64,000 nt of DNA from an uncultured delta proteobacterium. GTDB taxonomy: Bacteria > Desulfobacterota > BSN033 > UBA1163. The notes beneath the pieces are model-generated. The model was given only the letters and a program-made list of their open reading frames with translations. It did no database searches and had not been told where the DNA came from. Numbering within the stretch: position 1 is the first letter of the stretch; the number at the start of each line of letters is the position of its first letter. The DNA lies in NCBI GenBank assembly GCA_963827685.1, contig CAWHBU010000002.1:608001-672000 (forward strand). Reading direction: 5' to 3'. Below are positions 30,715-40,176 of this stretch, piece by piece. Both the position numbers and the translations under genes were made by a program.

Positions 30715-31586
30715 AGTCGATGACAGGTTTTGGAAGGGCAGAAGGGGATACGACCTTAGGGAAGGTGGTCGTGGAGTCTCGCTCTGTGAATCACCGATAT
30801 TGTGACATCAGCATCAAACTCCCTAAACGTCTAAGCCTTTTTGAAAACCGTGTCAAGGAAATTATCCGATCCCAACTGTCAAGAGGAAAGATCGATGTTT
30901 CGCTCAGGCTGGACAACCTCGGGGAGCAAAAAGTTCAACTCAGTGTGGACCTTGACCTTGCCGAACAGTATTATCGGGTCCTTCATGGCTTGAAGGAGAA
31001 ACTTCAATTGAAAGATGAAATTACCTTAAATTTGTTGGCCGGGGCGAAGGACTTGATTACCGCAAAAGAAGAATCGGGGGATGTCGAGCCTTACTGGCAG
31101 GAGGTTCTCCCGATTTTGAAGCAATCTCTTAAAAGCATGGACGAGATGAAACGGTTGGAGGGAGAATCCCTCACCAAAGATCTCCAACTTCGATTAGAGC
31201 ACATTGCTAAACAGTTGCAAATGATCAAACAGCAATTTCCCTCCCGGCTCCAGGACAGTCTTACCCGACTTCGTGATAGGCTTCGGTCTCTTTTGGAAGG
31301 GATGGAGATCGATTCCTCACGTTTTCAACAGGAGGTCGCCTTCATGGCAGAGAGGACGGACATCACCGAAGAGATCGTCCGGGCAGAAAGTCACTTCGCT
31401 CAATTTAACACCCTGTTAGAGGGGAAGGAGCTGGTGGGTCGGAAAATGGATTTTTTACTTCAGGAGATTCATCGGGAAGTGAACACCGTCAGTGCCAAGG
31501 CCAATGATGCAGAGATCTCCCAGAAAGTGGTAGAGATTAAGTCTGAACTGGAAAAGATTCGGGAACAGGTGCAAAACATCGAATGA
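30708..31586 (+). CDS. yicC: YicC/YloC family endoribonuclease
   Basis: [38 protein letters not shown]. Confidence 0.95.
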   Translation: MLKSMTGFGRAEGDTTLGKVVVESRSVNHRYCDISIKLPKRLSLFENRVKEIIRSQLSRGKIDVSLRLDNLGEQKVQLSVDLDLAEQYYRVLHGLKEKLQLKDEITLNLLAGAKDLITAKEESGDVEPYWQEVLPILKQSLKSMDEMKRLEGESLTKDLQLRLEHIAKQLQMIKQQFPSRLQDSLTRLRDRLRSLLEGMEIDSSRFQQEVAFMAERTDITEEIVRAESHFAQFNTLLEGKELVGRKMDFLLQEIHREVNTVSAKANDAEISQKVVEIKSELEKIREQVQNIE

Positions 31587-32254
31587 GTTTTGTATATGAA
31601 AAGGGTTTTGGGTTCAAGCACGAGATGAGAGAAAAAGGAGCAGGATTGATTTTTGTTATTTCTGCGCCGTCAGGCACGGGGAAGACCACTTTGGTCAGAG
31701 AGGTGATCCGGCAGTTGCCGGGTCTTCAATTCTCTGTTTCCTTTACCACCCGTTTACCCCGGCCCAATGAGAAGGAGGGGGAGGACTATCATTTTGTTAC
31801 CCACTCCGTCTTTCAGAAAATGGTGGAAAAAAACGAGTTTTTAGAGTGGGCAGAGGTATTGGGGAACCGTTATGGAACACCCCGGCCGGATTTGAGAAAA
31901 TTGGTATCAGAAGAGGTCGACCTCATTCTCGATATTGATACGCAGGGAGCGAAGAAGGTCATGAAGGAGATTGGCCAACCCGTATTGATTTACCTCCTGC
32001 CTCCTTCCCTAAGAGTTCTAAGAGAACGATTGGTCAATAGGGGGGTGGATTCTCTTGAGAGGGTCAAGTTTCGGTTGTCCAATGCCAGAGGAGATATAGA
32101 AGAGGCCTATGGGTATCATTATGTGATCGTCAATGATAACATTGAGGATTCCGTTGAGAAATTAAAATCGATCATCATTGCAGAAAGGTGTCGGAGGGGT
32201 AAGAATTTGATCCTTGAAGAAAATAAGAGAGAATGGGAGGAAAAGGATGGCTAG
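31583..32254 (+). CDS. gmk: Guanylate kinase (true start possibly 31625)
   Basis: [30 protein letters not shown]. Confidence 0.96.
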   Translation: MSFVYEKGFGFKHEMREKGAGLIFVISAPSGTGKTTLVREVIRQLPGLQFSVSFTTRLPRPNEKEGEDYHFVTHSVFQKMVEKNEFLEWAEVLGNRYGTPRPDLRKLVSEEVDLILDIDTQGAKKVMKEIGQPVLIYLLPPSLRVLRERLVNRGVDSLERVKFRLSNARGDIEEAYGYHYVIVNDNIEDSVEKLKSIIIAERCRRGKNLILEENKREWEEKDG

Positions 32255-32477
32255 AATAACTGTGCAGGATTGTCTGAGAAAGGTGGAAAGTCGGTTTGAG
32301 CTGGTGATCTTGGCAGCCAGAAGGGCGAAGATGATCATGAAAGGTGCCAAGCCATTAGTCGATGCAGATAACCGGCCCATTGTAATGGCTCTTCGAGAGG
32401 TGGCTGCAGGAAAGGTGAAGTTTAAACATCCCGAAGACAAGGAAAAAGGGAGTAAACTTTCTGACAATGACTCATGA
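32247..32477 (+). CDS. rpoZ: RNA polymerase omega subunit
   Basis: [26 protein letters not shown]. Confidence 0.95.
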   Translation: MARITVQDCLRKVESRFELVILAARRAKMIMKGAKPLVDADNRPIVMALREVAAGKVKFKHPEDKEKGSKLSDNDS

Positions 32478-33646
32478 AAAAAGGTTTCAGGGACATGAAA
32501 GAGGCAGAGGACACTCAGGGAACCGGATTGATCGCGAACCCGGTTTATCATTACATGGTGATGACCGACCGAATAGAAGGGGAGAGGACAGAAAGGGATG
32601 TGATCGACACCCCCTGGGTCCAACGCCTTCGGCGCATCTTCCAACTTCAAAGCGCTCGCTGGGTATTTCCCACGGCCGAACATACTCGTTTCCAACACTC
32701 CCTTGGGACCATGTACGTCGCAGGGACTTTCTCTGAGCAGCTTTATCCCTCTCTCCTCAAGATTTTCAAAACAGAACTCCCCTCTTTTCCCTATTTAGAT
32801 GAGGTCCTTCGCTTGGCTGGGCTCCTCCATGACACGGGACACGGCCCCTTTTGCCATTTCTTTGATGAGCATTATCTTTCTCGGTTCAACACCAATCATG
32901 AGGAGATCGGTCAGCAGATCCTCCGAGAAAAAATGTCTTCCCTGTTAAGGGGAATTCGGCGAAGTCCACACGGTCCGTTCGAAAAAGCAGAAGTCCTTGA
33001 TCCGGAACAGATTGCCTTCCTGATTAAGAGGCCCCAAAAGAAGGAGGGGCGAAAACATCCAAAGTGGTTGAAGTTCCTCCAGCAACTCTTTCGAGGAATC
33101 TTTACCTTCGATAATATCGACTACGTGTTGCGAGATGCCTATATGACCGGTGTCTCCATCGGGCCAGTGGATTGGAGGCGACTCCTTTACTACACCTCTT
33201 TTTGCAAGGAGGGCCTGATTTTGGATAAAAGAGGCATGGATGCATTGGCCATGTTTCTCAATGCCCGTCTCTATCTTTATTCCAATGTTTATTATCATCG
33301 AACCACTCGTTCCATTGATCTTCAGTTGCAAGAAATATTTAAAGAGACGATGGAGATTCTCTGTCCGTTTCATCCTTTGAAGGAGATAGACCGATACCTC
33401 TCGCTGACCGATTGGTTTGTGATGGAAAAGGTATCGGAGTGGAAAGGGTCTTTGTCGCCTCGGGAAAGAAAACTGGGAGAAAAGTGGGCTGAGGTGCTTT
33501 CAAGGAAGTTGAAGTGGAGTAGCGTCTTTGAGGAGAAACTTACCCTCAAAGAGATGGAGATGGGACGACCGATCTTCTTAAAACCCGAAGAGGTGAAGCT
33601 GAAAATCAAGGCCTTTTTGTCGAAAGGGAATCTTGTCTTGGGTTAG
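32474..33646 (+). CDS. HD-superfamily phosphohydrolase (SAMHD1/YwfO-like)
   Basis: [43 protein letters not shown]. Confidence 0.88.
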   Translation: MKKGFRDMKEAEDTQGTGLIANPVYHYMVMTDRIEGERTERDVIDTPWVQRLRRIFQLQSARWVFPTAEHTRFQHSLGTMYVAGTFSEQLYPSLLKIFKTELPSFPYLDEVLRLAGLLHDTGHGPFCHFFDEHYLSRFNTNHEEIGQQILREKMSSLLRGIRRSPHGPFEKAEVLDPEQIAFLIKRPQKKEGRKHPKWLKFLQQLFRGIFTFDNIDYVLRDAYMTGVSIGPVDWRRLLYYTSFCKEGLILDKRGMDALAMFLNARLYLYSNVYYHRTTRSIDLQLQEIFKETMEILCPFHPLKEIDRYLSLTDWFVMEKVSEWKGSLSPRERKLGEKWAEVLSRKLKWSSVFEEKLTLKEMEMGRPIFLKPEEVKLKIKAFLSKGNLVLG

Positions 33647-33742
33647 CGCGCGTGTTAAGATACTACTGACTGTTACGAACCATTCCTGGTTCATTTCCGG
33701 GTTTGGTAATCAGAAAAATTTAAGAGAAGAGAGAAAGAAATC

Positions 33743-35083
33743 GTGGGCATGAGAGAGAACGGATATCAGAAACAAGCGATGGGGATTTACCAATTCATCA
33801 GTGAACACCTGTACTTTAACCGTCCAGACATGGAAATTAAAGGGCAGCGTTTTAATTCGGTGATCCTGCTGAGCCTTCTTACTGGGTTGAGAAAAGGAAA
33901 AGAATTGATCATTGGAGAACCAGGACTGGGGAAGACGACCTCCGCAGAGTATGTCTGTTCGCTCATCTACCAATTCCCATTGGGCGTGATTTGGGGGAGT
34001 GAGGTTTCAGGGCATCCGGAACAAACGGAGGAAAAAATTATTGGCAGACCGGATTTGGGCAAATTGAACCGAGGCGAGGAGGACGTGGTGTGGACCAATT
34101 TCTCCCAAATCCCAGTGAAAATTGTCGATGAGATCAACCGCCTTCCCGAAACCAAACAGAGTATGATCTTGGACGGGGTGGATCGGGGGAATTGGGAATA
34201 CCTTAACGAGATGATCATTAACGATGAATACTGTCTCTTTGCAACGGCCAATTATCAAGATGGAGGGACCAATACGATCATCGCTCCTCTGGTGGATCGA
34301 TTCGATGTCATGGTGGAATCGAGGTACCCCGGAGCCAATCTCTCTTTTCTCATTGGGAAGGAGAAACGAAAAGATCATATCCTGAGGCATCCCAAGTATG
34401 AAAAGGACCTTTATCTCGTTCTGAAATCTAAGATCGCTTATGAGAAGAAGATTCCTAAAATTGAAGAGGTTTGTAATGCCTATGGGGAATATCTTGATGA
34501 GGCATTAGAGGTCAAGTGCTTCCAGAGACAAGATCGTGATCGGATCCGTACAGAAATGGAAACTTTAGAGTTGGACCTCGATGCTAGTGCCTTTACTCGC
34601 ATGCTTCTCGCTGAATTGTCTTTCTGTGAACGGTATGGGCAGAAACGCGTTGTTGAAAACTGTGAAGAAGGTTGTCACTATACGGGGTATCTTTGCCACC
34701 AAATTAAAAACTGTGCCTCCAATCGACTCCCTTCCTCCATGAAGCAATATGCCCAGGGATTGGCATGGTTGTTGGAAGACTCGGAGATCGATATCGAACA
34801 TATCAAGGCAGTCGTCCCCTATACCTTGGCTCATCGGATCCAATGGAAAGATGAGATCCTTTCCCAGAAGGAGAGATCGAAAAGGGATGACCCCTTCCCC
34901 ATTTTTCTTGCAAAGGAAGCGGTGAAAGCGATTTCTCAGAGATACCGAGAGCAAAGCGAACATCTGAAAGATGCGCTGGCGGCCGGATCGAAGATCTTTC
35001 AAGGAGAGGATCTGGAGCCACTGGAAGGGGATCACCCCATTTATGTGGAAGTCAAAAAAGACATCGATGCTCGAAAGAGGTGA
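33743..35083 (+). CDS. MoxR-like AAA+ ATPase with Cys-rich insert
   Basis: Walker A GEPGLGKTT, Walker B IVDEINR, ATAN, DRFD; Cys cluster C-x11-C-x3-C-x6-C. Confidence 0.85.
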   Translation: MGMRENGYQKQAMGIYQFISEHLYFNRPDMEIKGQRFNSVILLSLLTGLRKGKELIIGEPGLGKTTSAEYVCSLIYQFPLGVIWGSEVSGHPEQTEEKIIGRPDLGKLNRGEEDVVWTNFSQIPVKIVDEINRLPETKQSMILDGVDRGNWEYLNEMIINDEYCLFATANYQDGGTNTIIAPLVDRFDVMVESRYPGANLSFLIGKEKRKDHILRHPKYEKDLYLVLKSKIAYEKKIPKIEEVCNAYGEYLDEALEVKCFQRQDRDRIRTEMETLELDLDASAFTRMLLAELSFCERYGQKRVVENCEEGCHYTGYLCHQIKNCASNRLPSSMKQYAQGLAWLLEDSEIDIEHIKAVVPYTLAHRIQWKDEILSQKERSKRDDPFPIFLAKEAVKAISQRYREQSEHLKDALAAGSKIFQGEDLEPLEGDHPIYVEVKKDIDARKR

Positions 35084-35895
35084 GGCGAGAACATTTCTTC
35101 TATCCTGTTTTTGAGGAGTTAGATTTGAAGATGAAATCTTCCATGCCGCCTAAGAAGAGTTCGATCCCCCCCCCGGACAAAGAGAACTGGATCGCCAAGA
35201 ATCCCTTTGAAGAATTTGAGACTTTTGCCGCCTCTGCCCCTGACCTTCCCATGGATCAGATTGTCCAACTCACCGAGGCGGTCATGGATCAGATCCGGTG
35301 GGGATACGAGAAGCTTTTAGAAGAGGAAGCCAAGGAACTTGTCTGGATGGTCCAATACAATACAATCATCAAGGCCTATGAGGTGGCAGAGAAATATGTC
35401 AAGGAGATCGACTATGCCGCAGAGGATATCGAAGACTTCTGTTTTGCCTTAGAGAATACCCAAAGAATTCCGTATCTCATCCCCGGCCCAGCCGGGATCT
35501 ACATTTCTGCTTTGTGTAACTACACGAAGGAAGAAGAGATCTTCCTCAAACTTTCTGAATTGAAAACGGAGATCAATCTCATTGGATTTCGGCTGCCGAA
35601 AGGAAAACGACTGATGATCGAGGGAGACGCCGGTGACTTCACAGGCATTGGGCTTGAAGGTGGAGAATTGGTCATTGAGGGAAATGCAAAGAACTGGACA
35701 GGAGCAGGGATGAGAGGGGGAAAGATTTTAGTCAAGAAGAACATCGGCCTCCATACAGGTGAATGGATGATGGGAGGAGAGATCTATGTGGGAGGGAGAA
35801 TAAGGGGGCTGGGAAATATTGTCGACGGGAAGGTCTACGAGAGGGATAAACTCGTCTATCCTGGAAAGATGCGGTATCCCAATCTCTACTATTAA
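35080..35895 (+). CDS. Hypothetical protein with C-terminal FwdC/GltB-C (GXGXG) beta-helix repeats
   Basis: IEGDAGDFTGIGLEGGELV / IEGNAKNWTGAGMRGGKIL / ...TGEWMMGGEIYV; GTGA overlap with the ATPase. Confidence 0.8.
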   Translation: MRREHFFYPVFEELDLKMKSSMPPKKSSIPPPDKENWIAKNPFEEFETFAASAPDLPMDQIVQLTEAVMDQIRWGYEKLLEEEAKELVWMVQYNTIIKAYEVAEKYVKEIDYAAEDIEDFCFALENTQRIPYLIPGPAGIYISALCNYTKEEEIFLKLSELKTEINLIGFRLPKGKRLMIEGDAGDFTGIGLEGGELVIEGNAKNWTGAGMRGGKILVKKNIGLHTGEWMMGGEIYVGGRIRGLGNIVDGKVYERDKLVYPGKMRYPNLYY

Positions 35896-35934
35896 GAATG
35901 AAAAGAAGATTCAAGTGACCCTCAGCGATTAAGT

Positions 35935-37566
35935 ATGGAAGAGAAGAATTTACAATCGATCATTGAAGAGATTTGGCCCAAATTGAGGAAGAAGCATCTC
36001 TACCCTGAAATCCCTATACCCAAGGTTAGGGGAACCCCTGACCCGGAGCAGAGTGAGGCTGAAGAGGATGAAGGCGTTGGGTTGGAGATGAAACAGAAGC
36101 AGATGACCATCAATGGCGCTTTTGTTTCACAGATGAAAGACAAGATGTCGGAGAAAAGAGTCGTCGAGGCTCTTCTTGATCATGGGATTACTCATTACAC
36201 CTTCTGCCCATGGGACTTCCACACCCATCTCAGGCTTTATTCAGAGGCCAAGAAAGTGGTGGGTGATAAAGAATTGGCCAAACAGGTATCGAACCACTTT
36301 ATTGATGTCATTGCAGATACACATTGTGTGAAGAAGAGGTTTACGGAGATTCCAGAATTGCATCGAAACCTGAAGAAAGGGACCGTCGAAGAAGTCATCA
36401 CCTTCCTTTACCAAAAGATTTGGGGAATCGACTTGGGGATTTCCCCCTCCAGGTTGAGCGTGAAAGGACATGCAGATATTGTCCGGAGGCTTGCACGAAT
36501 TCCCTATCTGGATCGCTCAAGGTGGAGAGACAGTATCCAAAAGTTTGCCCGCTCTCTCAAACCCCTTCTCGTTGAAGAACAAAAACAACAAGGGGCCCAG
36601 GGAGGGAAAGGGGAACACAATCCTCAAGGGGATCACGATTTGAACCATTACTCCAACGAAGAGATCGATCAGGGTTTGAGAGATTATGCCAGAGAAGCCA
36701 TGGCTTTGTCCGAATTCAAAGATGTCGTGGAGGACTTTTCTGATGAACTCAAAGAGGCAGGTTATGGGACGGAAGGGGGGATGGGAAGAGGTCAAGGGAA
36801 TCCCATCGATGCAGACGTCCTTTTCTATATGAAGTTGGCAGAAAATTATTCGATCCCTCTGAGGAAATTCCCTTTGGAAGAAAAAGGCTCCCTCCATCCC
36901 TATTCTCATTGTCCCTGGGAGATTGGATCCCCTTTTCAAGATGTAGATATTTGGACTAGTTTTGGAAAGATCATGCCAGGCGTCACCCAGATTTGGACGA
37001 AAAGGGAAGGGAGGGGGAGAGGAAGAATTGGGAGTACTCCTGATTGCTTAATCGCCATCGATTCTTCAGGAAGTATGATCAATCCCCGGAAGAACCTCTC
37101 CTATGCTGTCCTGGGAGCAGCCTGTGCTACCAATGCTTATCTTCAAAATGATTCAAAGGTGGCCGTGTATAATTTCAGCGATGCCCCCATGGGGGGGAAG
37201 GATATTTTGAATTATACGGACCGGCGAGAGGACATCTATCGTGTCCTTTGCAAATATTTTGGTGGTGGTACGGCGTTGGATTTAGAGGATTTAATACCAT
37301 TGATCCGGGGAAGGAACGACTCGGATCTCTTCATCATTACCGATATGAAAATTACTAATCTCGAATCATTGATCGGATTTTTTGGACAGATTCAAAACCG
37401 GGTAACGGCCGTCCACATTGGAGATAACCCTTATGCAGCCCGATTTGAAAGGGCTGTTGAGAAGAGGAAAAATATCAGCATCTATACCGTGAAACGGAAA
37501 GAGGATATTCCTCACATTGTTCTCGGAAGGATCAAGGATTATTTCAATCCGACTTATATAAAGTAA
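35935..37566 (+). CDS. VWA domain protein
   Basis: MIDAS DSSGS, GGGT, IITD; large helical N-terminal region. Confidence 0.85.
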   Translation: MEEKNLQSIIEEIWPKLRKKHLYPEIPIPKVRGTPDPEQSEAEEDEGVGLEMKQKQMTINGAFVSQMKDKMSEKRVVEALLDHGITHYTFCPWDFHTHLRLYSEAKKVVGDKELAKQVSNHFIDVIADTHCVKKRFTEIPELHRNLKKGTVEEVITFLYQKIWGIDLGISPSRLSVKGHADIVRRLARIPYLDRSRWRDSIQKFARSLKPLLVEEQKQQGAQGGKGEHNPQGDHDLNHYSNEEIDQGLRDYAREAMALSEFKDVVEDFSDELKEAGYGTEGGMGRGQGNPIDADVLFYMKLAENYSIPLRKFPLEEKGSLHPYSHCPWEIGSPFQDVDIWTSFGKIMPGVTQIWTKREGRGRGRIGSTPDCLIAIDSSGSMINPRKNLSYAVLGAACATNAYLQNDSKVAVYNFSDAPMGGKDILNYTDRREDIYRVLCKYFGGGTALDLEDLIPLIRGRNDSDLFIITDMKITNLESLIGFFGQIQNRVTAVHIGDNPYAARFERAVEKRKNISIYTVKRKEDIPHIVLGRIKDYFNPTYIK

Positions 37567-37676
37567 ATAATTCTTGACTCTTCTGCTTCAAATCCTGTAA
37601 TCTATTTCCAGATTATTTTTTCCATTAAGAAGAAGAACAGGGTGAATCCCATCGTACGGATCACAGGAGTCTATCC

Positions 37677-38348
37677 ATGGAACAAGAGATCTTAGAGGCA
37701 AGATACACCCATCAAGAGATTATCCAGAAATATAATTGGATTGCACCGATCTATGATTTGTTTGGAATTTTGATGGAGTCAAAAGCCCGTCAACGGGCGT
37801 TGGAGATCGCCGCGATTCAGAATGGAGAAAAGATTCTGGAAGTAGCCCTTGGAACCGGACTCAATTTTGTCGAAATATTGAAGAGGAATCCGAATGGATG
37901 GGTGGATGGAATTGATGTTTCCAAGAAGATGGTGGAGAAGGCAAGAAAAAGGATTTGTAAGACAGGGCAAAAGAATTATACCCTCTATCTCTGTGATTGT
38001 CGGCATCTTCCCTTCGATGACGAAACTTTTGATGTCATCACGACCCAATATCTCTTGGACATCCTCCCGGTTGAGGATTTCATTCCCATTCTTTTGGAGT
38101 TTAGAAGAGTTCTAAAGGATGGAGGCAGAATTGTTTTAGTCAACATGACAAAAGGGGAGAGATGGCTGAATCAAATATATGAAGGGATTTATAAACTAAA
38201 GCCTCCTCTCTTAGCTGGATGCAGAGGGGTTATGGCCCAGCCTTTTCTCGAAAAGATTGGATTCAATCAATTTCACAGGGAATTTGTATCCCAGCTTGGA
38301 TTTCCTTCAGAGGTGGTGCGAGGAATAAAGCAGGATGGGTTTGGCTAA
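37677..38348 (+). CDS. Class I SAM-dependent methyltransferase (UbiE-like)
   Basis: ILEVALGTG, GIDVS..M, LPFDDETFD, RVLKDGG. Confidence 0.9.
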   Translation: MEQEILEARYTHQEIIQKYNWIAPIYDLFGILMESKARQRALEIAAIQNGEKILEVALGTGLNFVEILKRNPNGWVDGIDVSKKMVEKARKRICKTGQKNYTLYLCDCRHLPFDDETFDVITTQYLLDILPVEDFIPILLEFRRVLKDGGRIVLVNMTKGERWLNQIYEGIYKLKPPLLAGCRGVMAQPFLEKIGFNQFHREFVSQLGFPSEVVRGIKQDGFG

Positions 38349-38522
38349 GAATTATCGGTAACATATTTGAGATTTGTTAGAATTACATTGATTAAAGATT
38401 AGGCATTTTGCTAATGAAACCTAGAATAGGCCATCTTCCGGTTAATGATGAAGGTTTTCAACAGGGTATTCACAAAATATGTGGGAAACAAATCCAAGCC
38501 GTTAATTTTATATAATAAATTC

Positions 38523-38616
38523 AAAAGGGATCAGTTAGAGGAGGGCCATAACTGATCCCGACCAGTACATCAAATGGGGGTGAAACAAGGAGGTGATATG
38601 GTTTGATGTACTGGCT
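38523..38616 (-). ncRNA. Candidate two-hairpin sRNA with anti-SD loops
   Basis: Perfect 13-bp and 11-bp stems; loops contain AUCACCUCCUU and CCCUCCU; U4 tail; TTGATT-N17-TAGTAT upstream. Confidence 0.55.
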
Positions 38617-38622
38617 GAAATA

Positions 38623-38651
38623 ATACTAATATATTATGTGAGGAAAATCAA
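38623..38651 (-). promoter_or_regulatory. Sigma70 promoter of the candidate sRNA
   Basis: TTGATT-N17-TAGTAT on the minus strand. Confidence 0.5.
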
Positions 38652-38666
38652 TAGTGAGAAAGTATT

Positions 38667-38682
38667 TGGCATGAGAATTGCT
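38667..38682 (+). promoter_or_regulatory. Sigma54 (-24/-12) promoter-like motif
   Basis: TGGCAT-GAGAA-TTGCT just upstream of the DUF4124 gene (very close to its start). Confidence 0.45.
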
Positions 38683-38695
38683 GGAGGATATGGTT

Positions 38696-39223
38696 ATGAA
38701 ACGAATTTCAGTTATTGTTTTGTTTGCCTTTTTCATTTCAGAAATCTCTTTCGCTGAGGTTTACAAATGGGTGGATGAAAAAGGAGCGGTCCACTTCACG
38801 GATGATATGACGCAAGTCCCGGAAAAATATCGACCTAAGGCTGAAGAAGTTGGCTCATCTGAAGAGAAGGAGGAAACAAAATCAGAAGGACAAATAACGC
38901 CCAAGGGAAAAGAGGAGACTTATAAGGATCAATCAGGGAGGGGAGAAGAGTATTGGAAGGGACGAGTGGAGGAATGGAGGAGAAAATTAGGAGAACAACA
39001 AGATAGATTGAAAACGTTGGAAGTTAAATACAATGAATTGACAATGAGGTTCAACGATTCAAAAAGCACGGCTGAGAGGGGAAATCTCCGGAAAGAAAGA
39101 GACCAGGTCAAGAATGAAATGGATCAATGTAAGATCCAAATTGAAGAAGCCAGGGATATGCTGGAAAAAAAGATTCCAGAAGAAGCGGAACTCTATAAAG
39201 CAAAGCCAGAATGGGTAAAATAG
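38696..39223 (+). CDS. DUF4124 domain exported protein with coiled coil
   Basis: Signal peptide; AEVYKWVDEKGAVHFTD...VPEKYR. Confidence 0.85.
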   Translation: MKRISVIVLFAFFISEISFAEVYKWVDEKGAVHFTDDMTQVPEKYRPKAEEVGSSEEKEETKSEGQITPKGKEETYKDQSGRGEEYWKGRVEEWRRKLGEQQDRLKTLEVKYNELTMRFNDSKSTAERGNLRKERDQVKNEMDQCKIQIEEARDMLEKKIPEEAELYKAKPEWVK

Positions 39224-39390
39224 TGAAAATATTTCAGGGGCCTTAAAAAAAGTATCCATGCACAAAAATCGATTGAAAAACTGATAACTTTCTATTTTCA
39301 AAGAGAAATTCTCCTTGCCCCATTTTCAATATCCTTGATCGAATAATAAAAATATGACAATTTGTGAAGGGGTTAAGAAAACAATTGTAT

Positions 39391-39406
39391 TGGTATTGTT
39401 CTTGCT
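39391..39406 (+). promoter_or_regulatory. Sigma54 promoter-like motif
   Basis: TGGTAT-TGTTC-TTGCT upstream of the PilZ gene, AT-rich flanks. Confidence 0.5.
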
Positions 39407-39553
39407 TATAAATTAAATTTATAAATAATTATTGTATTATGATAGAATATTGACCAAAATCCAAGGCAAAAGTGAGCCTTATGATAGAGAGGGGAGAAAT
39501 GGCATTAAAAATGCGCACTTAGTCGAAAATGGTGCCGAAGAGTCTGATCAAAA

Positions 39554-39952
39554 ATGGACAAAATGAAGAATAATCAATTTATGTCCCAGAGCAAGATGGG
39601 TGTCCTCGCCATCGAAAAGAGGAAATACCCAAGGTTCAGCGTGGAACTGCCCCTCAATTATTCCCGTGCAGATGCGAAAGAAACATTTGGGGGGATGGTA
39701 GCGAATGCGAGCGAGGGGGGACTTCTCGTCTATCTGCCTGAAAGGATCGAGATAGGAGCTTTGTTGAAAATTGAGATATTATACGTGAGAGGTTTGGAAT
39801 TGGATACCATTAGAGCAGTGGCAAAAGTAGTTTGGTGTGATTTGGCTGCCAGGGAAAGCTGGGGCGAGCACCGATATGGATTGCAGTTTCAATATATTGA
39901 TGGAAAAGACTTTGGTCAGTTGACGAGTTTATTGAAAGAGGTGGGAAAATAG
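39554..39952 (+). CDS. PilZ domain (c-di-GMP-binding) protein
   Basis: RxxxR (RKYPR), NxSxxG (NASEGG), YGLQF. Confidence 0.9.
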   Translation: MDKMKNNQFMSQSKMGVLAIEKRKYPRFSVELPLNYSRADAKETFGGMVANASEGGLLVYLPERIEIGALLKIEILYVRGLELDTIRAVAKVVWCDLAARESWGEHRYGLQFQYIDGKDFGQLTSLLKEVGK

Positions 39953-40176
39953 AACATTATGGAGGGAGGGAAAAACCTCTTTTTCGAAGTCATTGAGTTA
40001 GAAAAAAATATGTTGAACTATTTTAAGAAATTATTTAAAAATAAGGAGAAGAGCATGAATCCGCCCCGTTCGGGCATCGCTGAGAGGGGACCCTGAATTT
40101 TTCATCCTATGGAAGGTAACTAGAAATCTCCCTTGATATGGTTTAGGAAAAACCTGCTCGGCAGAAAAGGAACATC

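Noticed and set aside
35080-35895. Formylmethanofuran dehydrogenase subunit C
   Set aside because: Only about three beta-helix repeats at the C-terminus, an unrelated N-terminus, and no other fwd genes.
38587-38606. Plus-strand ORF after a perfect SD (AAGGAGGTGAT-ATG)
   Set aside because: It encodes only M-V-stop; better explained as the complement of an anti-SD loop.
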